Source: Mobula hypostoma (taxonomy: Eukaryota). Taken from it: a stretch of 64,000 nt of DNA. Made by a program: the position numbers and the translations under genes. The first letter of the stretch is position 1, and each line of letters opens with the position of its first letter. Under the pieces are notes generated by a model. It was not told where the DNA came from. It worked only from the letters and a program-made list of their open reading frames with translations, and did not search any database. This document shows positions 13,302 through 24,415 of this stretch, piece after piece. Location: NCBI RefSeq assembly GCF_963921235.1, contig NC_086097.1, forward strand, positions 12,524,001 to 12,588,000, written 5' to 3'.

Positions 13302-13816
13302 AAGATACCGGCATGGATAGAGAAATGATTGACAGCGGGGAGATTGAGTAGGAATAAAGGGGCCCTTTTTTGATTGACTTCCAGTGACTAGTGGTGTTCC
13401 TCAGGGATCAGTTTTGGGACTGTTACCTTGTACATTTTTTGTCAATGATTGGATAATGGAATTGATGGCTTTGTGGCAGAGTTTGCAGATGATACAGTGT
13501 AGGGAAATGTATGATAAGGCATTTTGGTAAAAGGAATAATAGTGCAGACTATTTTGGGAGGAGGCTTCAAACATCAGAGATGCAGAGGGTCTTAGGAGTC
13601 CTCGTGCAAGACTCCCAGAAGGTTAATTTACAGGTTGAATCTGTGGTAAAGAAGGCAAATGCAACATTGGCACTTATTTCAAGGGGAATAGAATATAAAA
13701 ACAAGGAGATAATACTGAGGCTTTTTAACACACTAGTCAGGCTGCATTTGGAGTATTGTCAACAGTTTTGGACCCCATATCTGGAAAGAATGTGTTGTCA
13801 TTTGAGAGAGTCCAAA

Positions 13817-14574
13817 GGTGGCCGATTAGGAAAAGGGGAGGTGCACCGAGACCTGGGTGTCATTATACACCAGTCATTGAAAGTGGGCATGCAGGTACAG
13901 CAGGCGGTGAAAAAGGCGAACGGTATGCTGGCATTTATAGCGAGAGGATTCGAGTACAGGAGCAGGGAGGTACTACTACAGTTGTACAAGGCCTTGGTGA
14001 GACCACACCTGGAGTATTGTGTGCAGTTTTGGTCCCCTAATCTGAGGAAAGACATCTTTGCCATAGAGGGAGTACAAAGAAGGTTCACCAGATTGATTCC
14101 TGGGATGGCAGGTCTTTCATATGAAGAAAGACTGGATGAACTGGGCTTGTACTCGTTGGAATTTAGAAGATTGAGGGGGGATCTGATTGAAACGTATAAG
14201 ATCCTAAAGGGATTGGACAGGCTAGATGCGGGAAGATTGTTCCCGATGTTGGGGAGGTCCAGAACGAGGGGTCACAGTTTGAGGATAGAGGGGAAGCCTT
14301 TTAGGACCGAGATTAGGAAAAACTTCTTCACACAGAGAGTGGTGAATCTGTGGAATTCTCTGCCACAGCAAACTGTTGAGGCCAGTTCATTAGCTATGTT
14401 TAAAAGGAAGTTAGATATGGCCCTTGTGGCTACAGGGGTCAGGGGGTATGGAGGGAAGGCTGGGGCGGGGTTCTGAGTTGGATGATCAGCCATGATCATA
14501 ATAAATGGCGGTGCAGGCTCGAAGGGCCGAATGGCCTACTCCTGCACCTATTTTCTATGTTTCTATGTTTCTAT
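13817..14574 (+). mobile_element. Young CR1 (family A) 3' fragment
   Basis: Near identical to 44159-44908 and 10610-11029 in reverse; (TTTCTATG)n tail. Confidence 0.92.
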
Positions 14575-15055
14575 GAGGATGATTCCAGGAATGAAAGGGT
14601 TAACATATGAGGAGCGTTTGGCAGCTTTGCCTCTATATTTACTGGAATTTAGAAGAATGCAGGGATATCTCATTGAAACCTACCGAATCTTGAAAATTAT
14701 AGATAAGGTGAATGTGTAGAGGATATTTTCTGTGGTGGGGCTATACAGAACTAGAGGGCATAGCCTCAAGATTGAAGGGTGATCTTTTAGAACAGAGGTA
14801 AGGAGGATTTTTTTTTTTTAGCCAGAGAGTAGTTAATCTGTGGAATGCTCTCCTCAGACTGCAGAGGAGGCGAAGTCCGTGGGTATATTCAAAGTGGAAG
14901 TTGATATTTTCCTGATCTGTCTGTACTTCAAAGGTTATGGTGAGAAGGCAGGTGTATGGGCTTATGAGAAATCCAGGATCAGCCGTGATGGATGGTGGAG
15001 CATTCTCAATGGGCTGAATGGCCTCATTCTGCTGCTATTTCTTATGGTCTTGTAG

Positions 15056-15732
15056 TCTTCTCAGAATAATGTATTTCAATATATAAAATAACACAACCCA
15101 GGACAGAAGGAGGAAGAGAAATGACAGGCATAAAAATATTTACACAACAGTTGGATAAAACTTCTAAGGATATACTTACATTAATGAAAACAGGATGCAG
15201 CACTTCACGTGAATATATGCAGTTCTGATAAGAAGTACACACCACTAAACTTAAATAAAAGCACAACCCAGAAAAAATGAAGAAATTATCACTATAGAAG
15301 AAAAACATAACCAATGGAAGTCATCCCCTCAATCTAAGCAAACTAGATGTCGACAAGGAAGCACCGAACGCCTGGCTCAGAAATAGAGACCTCTTCCCAG
15401 AAACAGAGGAGTTCCTTTTGGCAATACAAAACCATATGGTTACATAATAAAAGACCAACAACTTCAAGATGAATGATGGTGAAAATGGCAAGAGAAGCCA
15501 GAAACAATCCCATACAGTTTAACTCAATCTGATTACTTACAGGCACAATCAAGTGGCAAACTTCATACACCAAAGTCTTGCTTTAAAATACAAGATCATA
15601 AAATACACCATACCTTTCTATAAATACAAGCCCAATCCAGTTTTAGACTCCACTTCTATAACTCAACGAGTTATATTACAAATGATCTATTATTACAGAT
15701 AGAACAACCCAAAAGGACTGCCTAGATACAAT
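15056..15732 (+). pseudogene. R4/Dong-clade relic, C-terminal region (piece 2; continues 16339-16388 and 18675-18715)
   Basis: 'PRTEGGRE', 'VDKEAPNAWL..RDLFPETEEFLLAIQNH', 'RHNQVA', 'IITDRT', then 'ILQDKQARTTYLID|TAIPNTQN' (restriction-like endonuclease motif). Confidence 0.72.
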
Positions 15733-16338
15733 GGTGGTGGTGGCATCCGATAGTCTCGTGAGATCATGGTTCTGCACCTGGAAAGTCTTACAAGTGTCCT
15801 CTCCAGGGCACAGGCCAGGGCAAGGTTTTATGGAAGACCGGCAGTTGCCCATGCAGCAAGTCTCCCCTCTCCACGAAACCGATGTTGTCTAAGGGAAGGG
15901 CAAGGGCCGATACAGCTTGGCACTAGTGTCATTGTAGGAGTTGCCAGAATGACGCTGAAGGCAACGTTGGACTGCCTTGGGGTCTCCAGCTCCAGATTTA
16001 TCCTCAGGGTTTACTCCTGAAGCCTTTCCCATGAGTGGGTATGGCCGCAAGGCAATGGAGGTTTGAAATCAGAGTTTTCCCTCTCTTAGGTGGACTGCCT
16101 TCCCAGGCTGACGAGCTCCATCTACCCGAAGCACTGGTTTTCAGGTGCCAGGACCCACCTTCGCCCCTTCTCCTGTCAGTAGAAACAATTCTGCCGGGCT
16201 TAGAGGCTAAGCCACACGAGAAGGCCAGGAATTGGACTTGGTTGTCAGAGGCTATTTGAGGCGTATGCAGTGAGGAGCACCTTTAGGTAGTGGGAGCTTG
16301 TCCCCACTACCACTCCTCAGCTTGAAAACCTTGGAATC
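15733..16338 (-). mobile_element. Non-autonomous bipartite RTE-derived element (5' UTR plus 3' end)
   Basis: TSD AGATACAAT at 15724-15732 and 16339-16347; minus strand ends CCATGATCTCACGAGACTATCGGATGCC(ACC)n; no RT; related copy at 20033-20600. Confidence 0.7.
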
Positions 16339-16388
16339 AGATACAATATTACAGGATAAACAAGCAAGAACAACTTACTTAATAGATA

Positions 16389-18674
16389 TAGTGGCATGCA
16401 AAAGTTTGGGCACCCCTGGTCAAAATTTCTGTTACCGTGAATAGCTAAGCAAGTAAAAAATGAACTGATTTCTAAAAGGCATCAAGTTAAAGATGACATA
16501 TTTCTTTTGTTACGAGAATACACATAAAATTAAGATGTTTGCTGGCCTGGGTTAGCATCAGTGGCATCAGCAGTTGGTCTGCCACCTGCCCTCAGGGGAA
16601 GGAGAGATGAGGAACAATGGAGCAGCGTCTGGAGATGTGTAATGAAGGGACGTGGGAGAGAGAGAGCTGTCTGGAGCGGCTCCCCCTTTGAACCCTGAGC
16701 TGTTTGAAGTGATGGACAGGCGATACCCCAGCAGGGGGATAAAAAGGGACAGGTTCACTAAGACAAGACACACACGCCACCCGAGGTAACGAGACCCTGG
16801 AAGCGGTGCGCCTCTCACGAGTGGGTGAGAAGTATCAGACAACGACCAGGGTGGAAAGGTACGATCAGCGGGAACCCGGTGTGTGTCCGCCCTTGCCTGG
16901 GTGCCGGGTTCACTGCAGAGGATCGACCGCATCTGGAGGAGGGGTCACAGTCGGTGACCTCAGGTGACATCACCAAGGACCCGCCCAAAAGTTGCTTGTG
17001 AGCCATCTCGCCGGTCTGTGAGTGAAGCAGTGTTCTGAATGATCAGTTGTTCCTGTTCTCTGTCTCTCTTCCCCCACGTTGTCCATCGCCATGGCAACGA
17101 TTACTGCGAACTGAACTACTAACTGGACTGAACTTTGAGTCACTTTGAAATTTGATCATTTACCCCTAGACAACGATAGAGCTTGATTGATGCTGTTATC
17201 TTAATTCTGTGCACATGTGTGTTTATCATCGCTGAACTGTTGCATTTATTATCCTTTCGATTACTGTGTTGCTTGTTTCTTTAGTAAAACTTTCTTAGTT
17301 CTAGTACTCCAGACTCCAACCGAGTGATCCATTTCTGCTGGTTTGGCAACCCAGTTACGGGGTACGTAACACTTTAAACAAGAAAACGGTTTTATTTCCA
17401 TCTTTTACAGTTTCAAAATAACAAAAAAGGAAAGGGGCCCGAAGCAAAAGTTTGGGCACCCTGCATGGTCAGTACATAGTAACACCCCCTTTGGCAAGTA
17501 TCACAGCTTGTAAACGCTTTCTGTAGCCAGCTAAGAGTCTTTCAATTCTTGTTTGGGGGATTTTTGCCCATTCTTCCTTGCAAAAAGCTTCTAGTTCTGT
17601 GAGATTCTTGGGCTGTCTTGCATGCACTGCTCTTTTGAGGTCTATCCACAGATTTTTGATGATGTTTAGGTCAGGGGACTGTGAGGGCCATGGCAAAACC
17701 TTCAGTTTGCGTCTCTTGAGGTAGTCCATTGTGGATTTTGAGGTGTGTATAGGATCATTATCCTGTTGTAGAAGCCATCCTCTTTTCATCTTCAGCTTTT
17801 TTACAGACGGTGTGATGTTTGCTTCCAGAATTTGCTGGTATTTAATTGAATTCATTCTTCCTTCTACCAGTGAAATGTTCCCCGTGCCTTTGCCAACTTC
17901 TGATGCTCAATTTTGTGGTGAGGATGCAGAAAAGGTTTTCTTCTGATAACTTTTCCATGAAGGTCATATTTGTGCAGGGAACGCTGCACAGTAGAACAGT
18001 GCACCACCACTCTAGAGTCTGCTAAATCTTCCTGAAAGTCTTTTGCAGTCATACAGGGGTTTTGATTTGCCTTTCTAGCAATCCTATGAGCAGTTCTCTC
18101 GGAAAGTTTTCTTGGTCTTCCAAACCTCAACTTGACCTCCACCATTTTTTGTTAACTGCCATTTCTTAATTACATTATGAACTGGGGAAATGGCTCCTTA
18201 AAACGTTTTACTATCTTCTTATAGCCTTCTCCTGCTTTGTGGGCATCATTTATTTTAATTTTCAGAGTGCTAGGCAGCTGCTTAGAGGAGCCCATGGCTG
18301 CTGATTGTTGGGACAAGGTTTGAAAAGTCAGGGTATTTATAAAGCTTTGAAATTGGCATGACAAGGCTTTTCCTAACGATGACTATGAAAAAGCCATAGG
18401 CCTAACAAGCTAATTAAGGTCTGAGACCTTGGTAAAATTTATCTGAGAGCTCACATCTCTTGGGGTGCCCAAACTTTTGCATCGTGTTCCTTTCCTTTTT
18501 TTCACTCTAAAATTGTACAAAACAAAAATAATACACTAATCTTGCTTAAAATGTTGAAAGGAATGTTTCGTCTTTAACTTTATGACTTTTGGAGATCAGT
18601 TCATCTTCTACTCTCTTAACTATTCACAGTAACAGATATTTTGACCGGGGTGCCCAAACTTTTGCATGCCACTG
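16389..18674 (-). mobile_element. Tc1/mariner IR/DR-type transposon with decayed transposase
   Basis: TA-flanked TIRs (T/C)AGTGGCATGCAAAAGTTTGGGCACCC, inner repeat at ~17446 and ~18464; 'MGSSKQL..GEGYKKI', 'GRPRKLS', 'QQDNDPIHTS', 'SPDLNIIKNLW'; deletion at ~17890. Confidence 0.93.
16508..17371 (+). mobile_element. Solo LTR, 864 bp, inside the Tc1 TIR
   Basis: TGTTACG...CGTAACA termini; TSD CTTT at 16504-16507 and 17372-17375; CpG-rich; GATAAAAA at ~16738 and AGTAAA at ~17283. Confidence 0.88.
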
Positions 18675-18717
18675 TACAGCCATTCCAAACACACAGAACA
18701 TACAGAAATCAATAACC

Positions 18718-18797
18718 CAGGCGATCCCAACCATTTTTGTGCCATTGACACCTAGCATTAAACAAAGGGTCTATGGACCCCATGTTGGGAGCTCCTG
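18718..18797. mobile_element. 80-bp hAT-like MITE
   Basis: CAGGCGATCCCAAC...GTTGGGAGCTCCTG imperfect TIRs; flanks CAATAACC / CCCTAACC (6/8). Confidence 0.55.
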
Positions 18798-19310
18798 CCC
18801 TAACCTAATGTTGGGACAATTTACAATGACCAATTAACCTACCCTTTGGAACGTGAGAGAAAATCAGAGCACCCAGAATAAACCCATGCATTCCACAAGG
18901 AAGACGTACAGACTCCTTACAGATGAGACTGGAACTGAATTCCAAACTCTGGAACACACTGAGCTGTAATATTGTTGCACTAACCATTACTCCACTGTGG
19001 TGTCCATTTGTGGGAGGAAAGGAATTATTGACATACACCGCAGAGTGGGCCCTTCTCGCTCTTTGAGCTGCACCGCCCATCAATACCCCAATTTAATCCT
19101 AACCCTGTCACAGGACAATTTATAATGACTGACGAACCTGCCAACTGTACATATTTGGACTGTGGGAAGAAACCAGAGCACCCGTAGGAAACCCACATGT
19201 TCATGGAGAGAACATACAATCTCCTTACAGGCATCAGCAGGAATTGAACCTGGGTCGCCTGTACTGTAAAGTGTTGTGCTAACTACTACACCACTCTTCT
19301 ACCCCAACAG
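18798..19310 (-). mobile_element. Two tRNA-derived V-SINE copies (HE1-like)
   Basis: Reverse of GTTCAATTCC B-box at ~19240; V-domain-like GTGGGTTTCCTACGGGTGCTCTGGTTTCTTCCCACAGTCC. Confidence 0.75.
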
Positions 19311-19823
19311 GTGCTGCTTTCCCCTTTGAGTTCCACCAGCAGATTGTTAGTTGCCGCATATTCCAGCATCTGCCATATTTTGCGTATGGATTTTTAGCCT
19401 GTCAGGAAAGACAAGGGTTAACAGGAAGCAAATAAGGATGTGGGTTGAGGTCTAGATCAGATCAGTGGCTCAATGTTTAAAAAAAAAGTGGCCTACTTTT
19501 TAATTTCTTGTGTCTTCTCAAATTTTGCCTGCTGTGTTTTCATGCAGTTTCCATTCTTTACTGCCATATGCAAACAAAGGAAATTACACCCATCTACCTC
19601 ATTATGATCTTGCACCTTACTCTTTACTAGCACTGCACTTTCACTCTAGCTTTTACACTTTATTCAGCATTCTGTTATTGTTTTATCTCGTTCTGCCTCA
19701 ATGCACTCAGTAATGATCTGATCTGTATGAACAGTAATAGAGAGGAATAAGTGACAATAGAGAGGACTTTAAAGTCATCCTGTCCATTGTCACTTCTTGC
19801 CCACTATCAGCCTTTTTGAGTTA

Positions 19824-20640
19824 GGGAACATGTCACAGTACTGTACTGTACTGTAATGCTATTACAGGTTGGGGCATCACAGTTTGGAGTTCAATTCAGG
19901 TGCTCCAGTTTCCTCTCAAAGTCCAAAGACATACCGCTTGATAGGTTAATTGATCACTATAAGTTGTCCATTGGTTTGGCAAGGGTGGCTGGGCACTGTG
20001 GCTTGCAGTGTCGGAAGGGCCTGTTCTGTGAGGCTTAAGGTGAGGGCCTCCATCGGTCAGAGATGACCATTGGTATTGCGGCCTAGCTGTCTAGATACGC
20101 AAGTCTGGGCAGGACGATATGGAGAGCAGGCTGTTGCCCAAGTAGCAAGCTCCCCCTCTCCATGCAGCTAATGAAACCAAAGGAACAGTAGACACCAATA
20201 CAGTTTGGTACCAGCAGCACCGCAGGAGTTGCCAGTCAGCATTGAACTCAATGTAGGACTGCCTTAGGGACTCCAGCTCCAGACTTTTCCCTTGGGGTTT
20301 ACTCCCAAATGAATGGATACAGCCACAAGGCAGTGGAGGTTTGAGATCAGAGTTTTCTTTCTCCTAGATGAGCTGCCAACCGTCTGTCCGAAGTGAACAG
20401 TTTTAAGGTGCCAGTAACCCACCTTTGCCCCTTCTCCGGTCAGCAGAAATGGTTCCACCACGTTTAGTAGCTAAGCCACGCGTGAATGTCAGGAGTTAGA
20501 CTTATCTAGAGGCTATTTGAGGCACATATCACTGGGAGCATTTAATTGTTAGTGGGAGCTTGTCCCCATTACCATGCCCAGCTATAACAACCTTAAGAAA
20601 CCAATGATCCGTGCTGTATTTCTAAATAAAATAACAATAA
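19824..20640 (+). mobile_element. Deleted V-SINE interrupted by a second RTE-derived element
   Basis: GAGTTCAATTC B-box ~19887; GGTGCTCCAGTTTCCTC; 3' end CCGTGCTGTATTTCTAAATAAA resumes at ~20609. Confidence 0.65.
20033..20600 (-). mobile_element. Bipartite RTE-derived element, second diverged copy
   Basis: Colinear with 15840-16335 (e.g. GGAGGTTTGA.ATCAGAGTTTTC, GTGGGAGCTTGTCCCCA). Confidence 0.7.
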
Positions 20641-20838
20641 TAAATTAATTCCAATTCCAATTCTAGTTCCAATTTATCTGGAAGGTCAAAGGTCTAGATC
20701 ATTGTTTCTTTTTTCAACACGTTCATTCAAAGCAATAAAAAGATAAAAAAAATATTTTATGTGAGTCTTCTTTTTCTCAGGAAGGTGCAGGCTAGGGTTA
20801 CCCTTCATTTCTCTAATCAAGGTTAAAAGCTGGGCATT

Positions 20839-21455
20839 GAATCAGAATCAGAATCGGTTTAATAGCTCCAGCATATGTTGTGAAATTTGTTGTCTTTGCA
20901 ACAGCTGTACAATGCAATACATAATAACAGAAAAAAACTGATTTTCAGTAATTATATATATACAGCGAGGTAGTTTTCATGGGTTTTATCTCATTTCAGA
21001 AATCCATTGGCAGAGGGGGAAAAGCTGTTCCTGAATCACTGAGTGTGTGCTTCAAGCTCCAGTACCTCCTTCCTGATGAGAAGGGAGCAGGTGTCCTGGG
21101 TGATGGGGGTCCTTAATGATGGATGCCGCCTTTTTGAGGCATTGCTTCTTAAAGATGTCCTGCATGCTATGGAGGAGAGTGTCCATAATGAAGCTGACTG
21201 AGTTACCAACTTTCTTCATCTAATTTCGATCCTGTGTAGTAGCCCCCCACCTCCATACCAGACAGTGGTGCAGCTAGTTAGTCTGTACATCTGTAGAAAT
21301 CTGTGAGTGTCTTTGGTGACATACAAAATCTTCTCAAACTCCGAATGAAATGTAACCACTGTTATGCTTTCTTTGTAGCTTCATCAAATATTGGGTCCAG
21401 GGTAGATCCTCAGAGATACTGACACCTAGGAACTTGAAAATGCCCACTCTTGAAG
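20839..21455 (-). mobile_element. Rex/L2-like LINE 3' fragment
   Basis: (GAATCA)3 tail; 'FKFLGVSISEDLPWTQ'. Confidence 0.75.
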
Positions 21456-22124
21456 ACTCAAAATGTTTTGTGTGACACTTCTCTATTTTTCCAGAAAGGT
21501 GCAAGCTGGGGTTATCCTTCATCTCTCTATCCAAGGTTAAAAACTGGGCATTGAAAAAGAAACACTGAGGTGGAGGAAATATATGATGTACCCTGACTGC
21601 AAACCCTCTATGCCAACGCAATATACTCCCAAAGTCTTTTCATGTGCTGAATTAATTCTCACCAAATCATAACTTTACATCTCCTTCAACACGAGCTTGG
21701 TCATTGTTGATAGAGAGGAAAAATTAGAACCCCTCATTGCTTCACTTATATTTGACTAAATCTATAGTCTATTGTTTATTGTCACTTCTTGCCCACTATC
21801 AGTCTTTTCGAACTAAAAAATGATTTTTAGCAATTCATTCTTGGTCTGAAACTATGCCTTTTCACTGTCATTACATGCCTTTCACATGTTTTATTGTACC
21901 ACACAATTTTGATGCAGATCAATACTTAATTGTTATTTTCTTGGCACACAGATCAGGTTCTGGCTTTCTTTAAGTGGACCATGTAATTAAAATCTGTACA
22001 AAACTTTCAGCCAGCGGTCACTATGTGACTGTGTTATTCGAGGGAGATTTTGTTAGACAATGTCTCCACATTTTGAATGTTCCTTTGAAGTCCAAACTTG
22101 ATTGATCTCATCGCTCACTGCCAC

Positions 22125-22542
22125 GTGATAGAGTCATAGGGTAATAGAAAAATACAGCAAAGAAAGGCCATTTGGCCCATCTAGTCCATACCAAACCATT
22201 TAAGCTGTTTACTCCCATCGACCTGCCCTGGGACCAAAGCTCTTCCTACCCTTACCCTCCATGTACCTATCCAAGCTTTTCTTAAATGTTGAAATCGAGC
22301 TTGCATGCACCACTTGTGCTGGCAGCTCGTTCCACACTCTCGTGTTCCTCTCGTGTTCTCCTTAAACTTTTCACCTTGAACCCTTAACCTATGACCTCTG
22401 GTTATAGTCCTCCCCAGCCTCAGCAGAGAATGCCTGCTTGCATTTACCCTATCTATAACCCTCATAATTATATATACCTCTAACAAATCTCCTCTCAATC
22501 TTCTACGTTCCAAAGAATAAAGTCCTAATCTATTTAATCTTG
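22125..22542 (-). mobile_element. CR1 3' fragment
   Basis: 'RLNRLGLYSLERRRLRGDLLEVY'. Confidence 0.85.
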
Positions 22543-24064
22543 TTGAATGAAATTGATGATGAATAATCCTGATGCAAAGGTTTTGACCCAAAATGCTGAC
22601 AAGTCCTTTCCTCCCACAGATTCTGCTCGCCCCACTGAGTTCCTCAAGCAGGTTTCTTTGCTCCAGGTTCCTGCATCTGCCACCTCTTGTATTTCTGACA
22701 GTATATGTTACCTATTCCACTGGCATCCCCAATCTACTTTTGACTGTAGCATAGAAAAGTTCCAGAATTGTTTACACAGGTATTTTTCAAGAAAATGTCC
22801 AAAGAGATTGATAAAAATCATCATGACCACATGTTCTCCCTCCATCTAAGTGCCTCCCAATTCAAAGGGTATTTCAACCTAAGGAATTTAATGGCTTAAT
22901 CAAGATTAAACAAATCAATTTTAGATTAATGCCAGCAGGCTCACTTAACACGTCTGCAAACGGCTGTTTGTAAATGCTTCCATATTGTAATCAAATGGCC
23001 TTAAACAGGAGCCATGAAATGTAATGACACAGAATTCCCCACCCTGTGACTTTATAGCTGTGAGATCTAATCGAATTCAAACAGAAGGTAGCAGGCCAGA
23101 GTTAAACACGAGATTGCTTTCTCTCTTTCTCTCCCACTGCTGGGTTACCTTGCTGCTTCCTGGGCCAATTTGCATATGTTATTGGTCTCCAGGTCCCAGA
23201 GCTGGCACCTCAATCTGTACAAGCTAATGGTACAGATCCCACAGATGTTGCATGGACCAGGCGCAGGTTAACGAGGAAGCAGGAATCAGGGAGAAAACAG
23301 CATGAGATTCTTGCCAGCAAAAAAAAAAGCCCTCCTTGAGTCAACCTGTGCTGTGAGATGCTAGCATAAATTATCATAGTGTTATTTCTCCACTGGGGCA
23401 CTGTGTGAGTTCAGGCTTGTACACCTGCAGAGCCTCCATCTCTCCCGGTGATGCAGAGTGTCAGTTTCATGTATTAGAAATCAGCCATCCTGCCAGCTCT
23501 GAGCGTCAAAGCCAGCCCACAGCGATATGGCCCAGCTAAAGGGTTAACCCTTAATGGGCAGAAATTGGCTTCTCTTTCGGATTCTAATCAGCGTACAAAG
23601 TCTGAAACAAGAAAGTGCAAGCAAATATAACTTGTTTCACAGCTAACTGGATGGGAAAACGTACAGCCCACCTCCCACCACTTGCTCAGCTTATCACCAG
23701 AAAGCCGAGGTGCGTGAGGGCCTGATTCCCTGTGTGCTGAAGCCTGGAGCTGGAGGCCTGTTCTGCTGTTAAAGGACTGTATGTGAGCGTGGGTGATAGG
23801 GGTGGAGGAACGGGGCTTGTTTTTGATTCTGTTGTTTGCTGTTTGTTGTGTTCTCTGTTGTTCTGCCAAGCATCATGGGTAGGCTAAGTTGACACCAGAA
23901 AGGGTGGTGACACCTGTGGGCTGCCCCCTTGAGTGTGTTGGTTGTTAAAGCAAACAATGCATTTCGCTGTATGTTTTGATGTACAAATGATAAATAAACT
24001 AGAATCTTGAATCTTGTAAACAAATGCAAACTAACACTGGGCAGAATAACTGATCACAATCTGT

Positions 24065-24415
24065 CCATCCCCTTCCCCTGCCCTTTTCTTCTATTCCCCA
24101 CTCTGGCCTTTTACCTCTGCTCACCTGCCTACCATCTCCCCCTGGGTTCACTTCTCCTTTCCTTTCTCCAATGGTCCATTCTTCTCTCCTATCAGATTCC
24201 TTCCTTTCCCACCCACCTGGCCTCACCTATCGCCTTCCAGCTAGCCTCCTTCCCCTCTGCCCACCTTTCTATCCTGGCGTCTTCCCCCTTCCATTTTAGT
24301 CCTGAAGAAGGATCTCAGCCCAAAACATTTACTGTTTATTCATTTCCATAAATGTTCCCTGACCTAAGGATTTCCTCCACATTTTGTGTGTGTTACTTTG
24401 GACTTCCAGCATCTA
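24065..24415 (+). mobile_element. Penelope 3' region with degenerate hammerhead
   Basis: CT-rich tract then AGTC-CTGAAGA-AGGATCTCAGCCC-AAAAC at ~24298-24327. Confidence 0.7.

Larger units (their letters stand above)
12490..15052 (+). mobile_element. Degenerate CR1 ORF2 and 3' UTR hosting two younger CR1 inserts
   Basis: 'DWKITNVTPLFQKGGRQKKGNYRLVSL'; GVPQGS-like codons ~13390; tail TTCTTATGGTCTT at ~15040. Confidence 0.85.
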
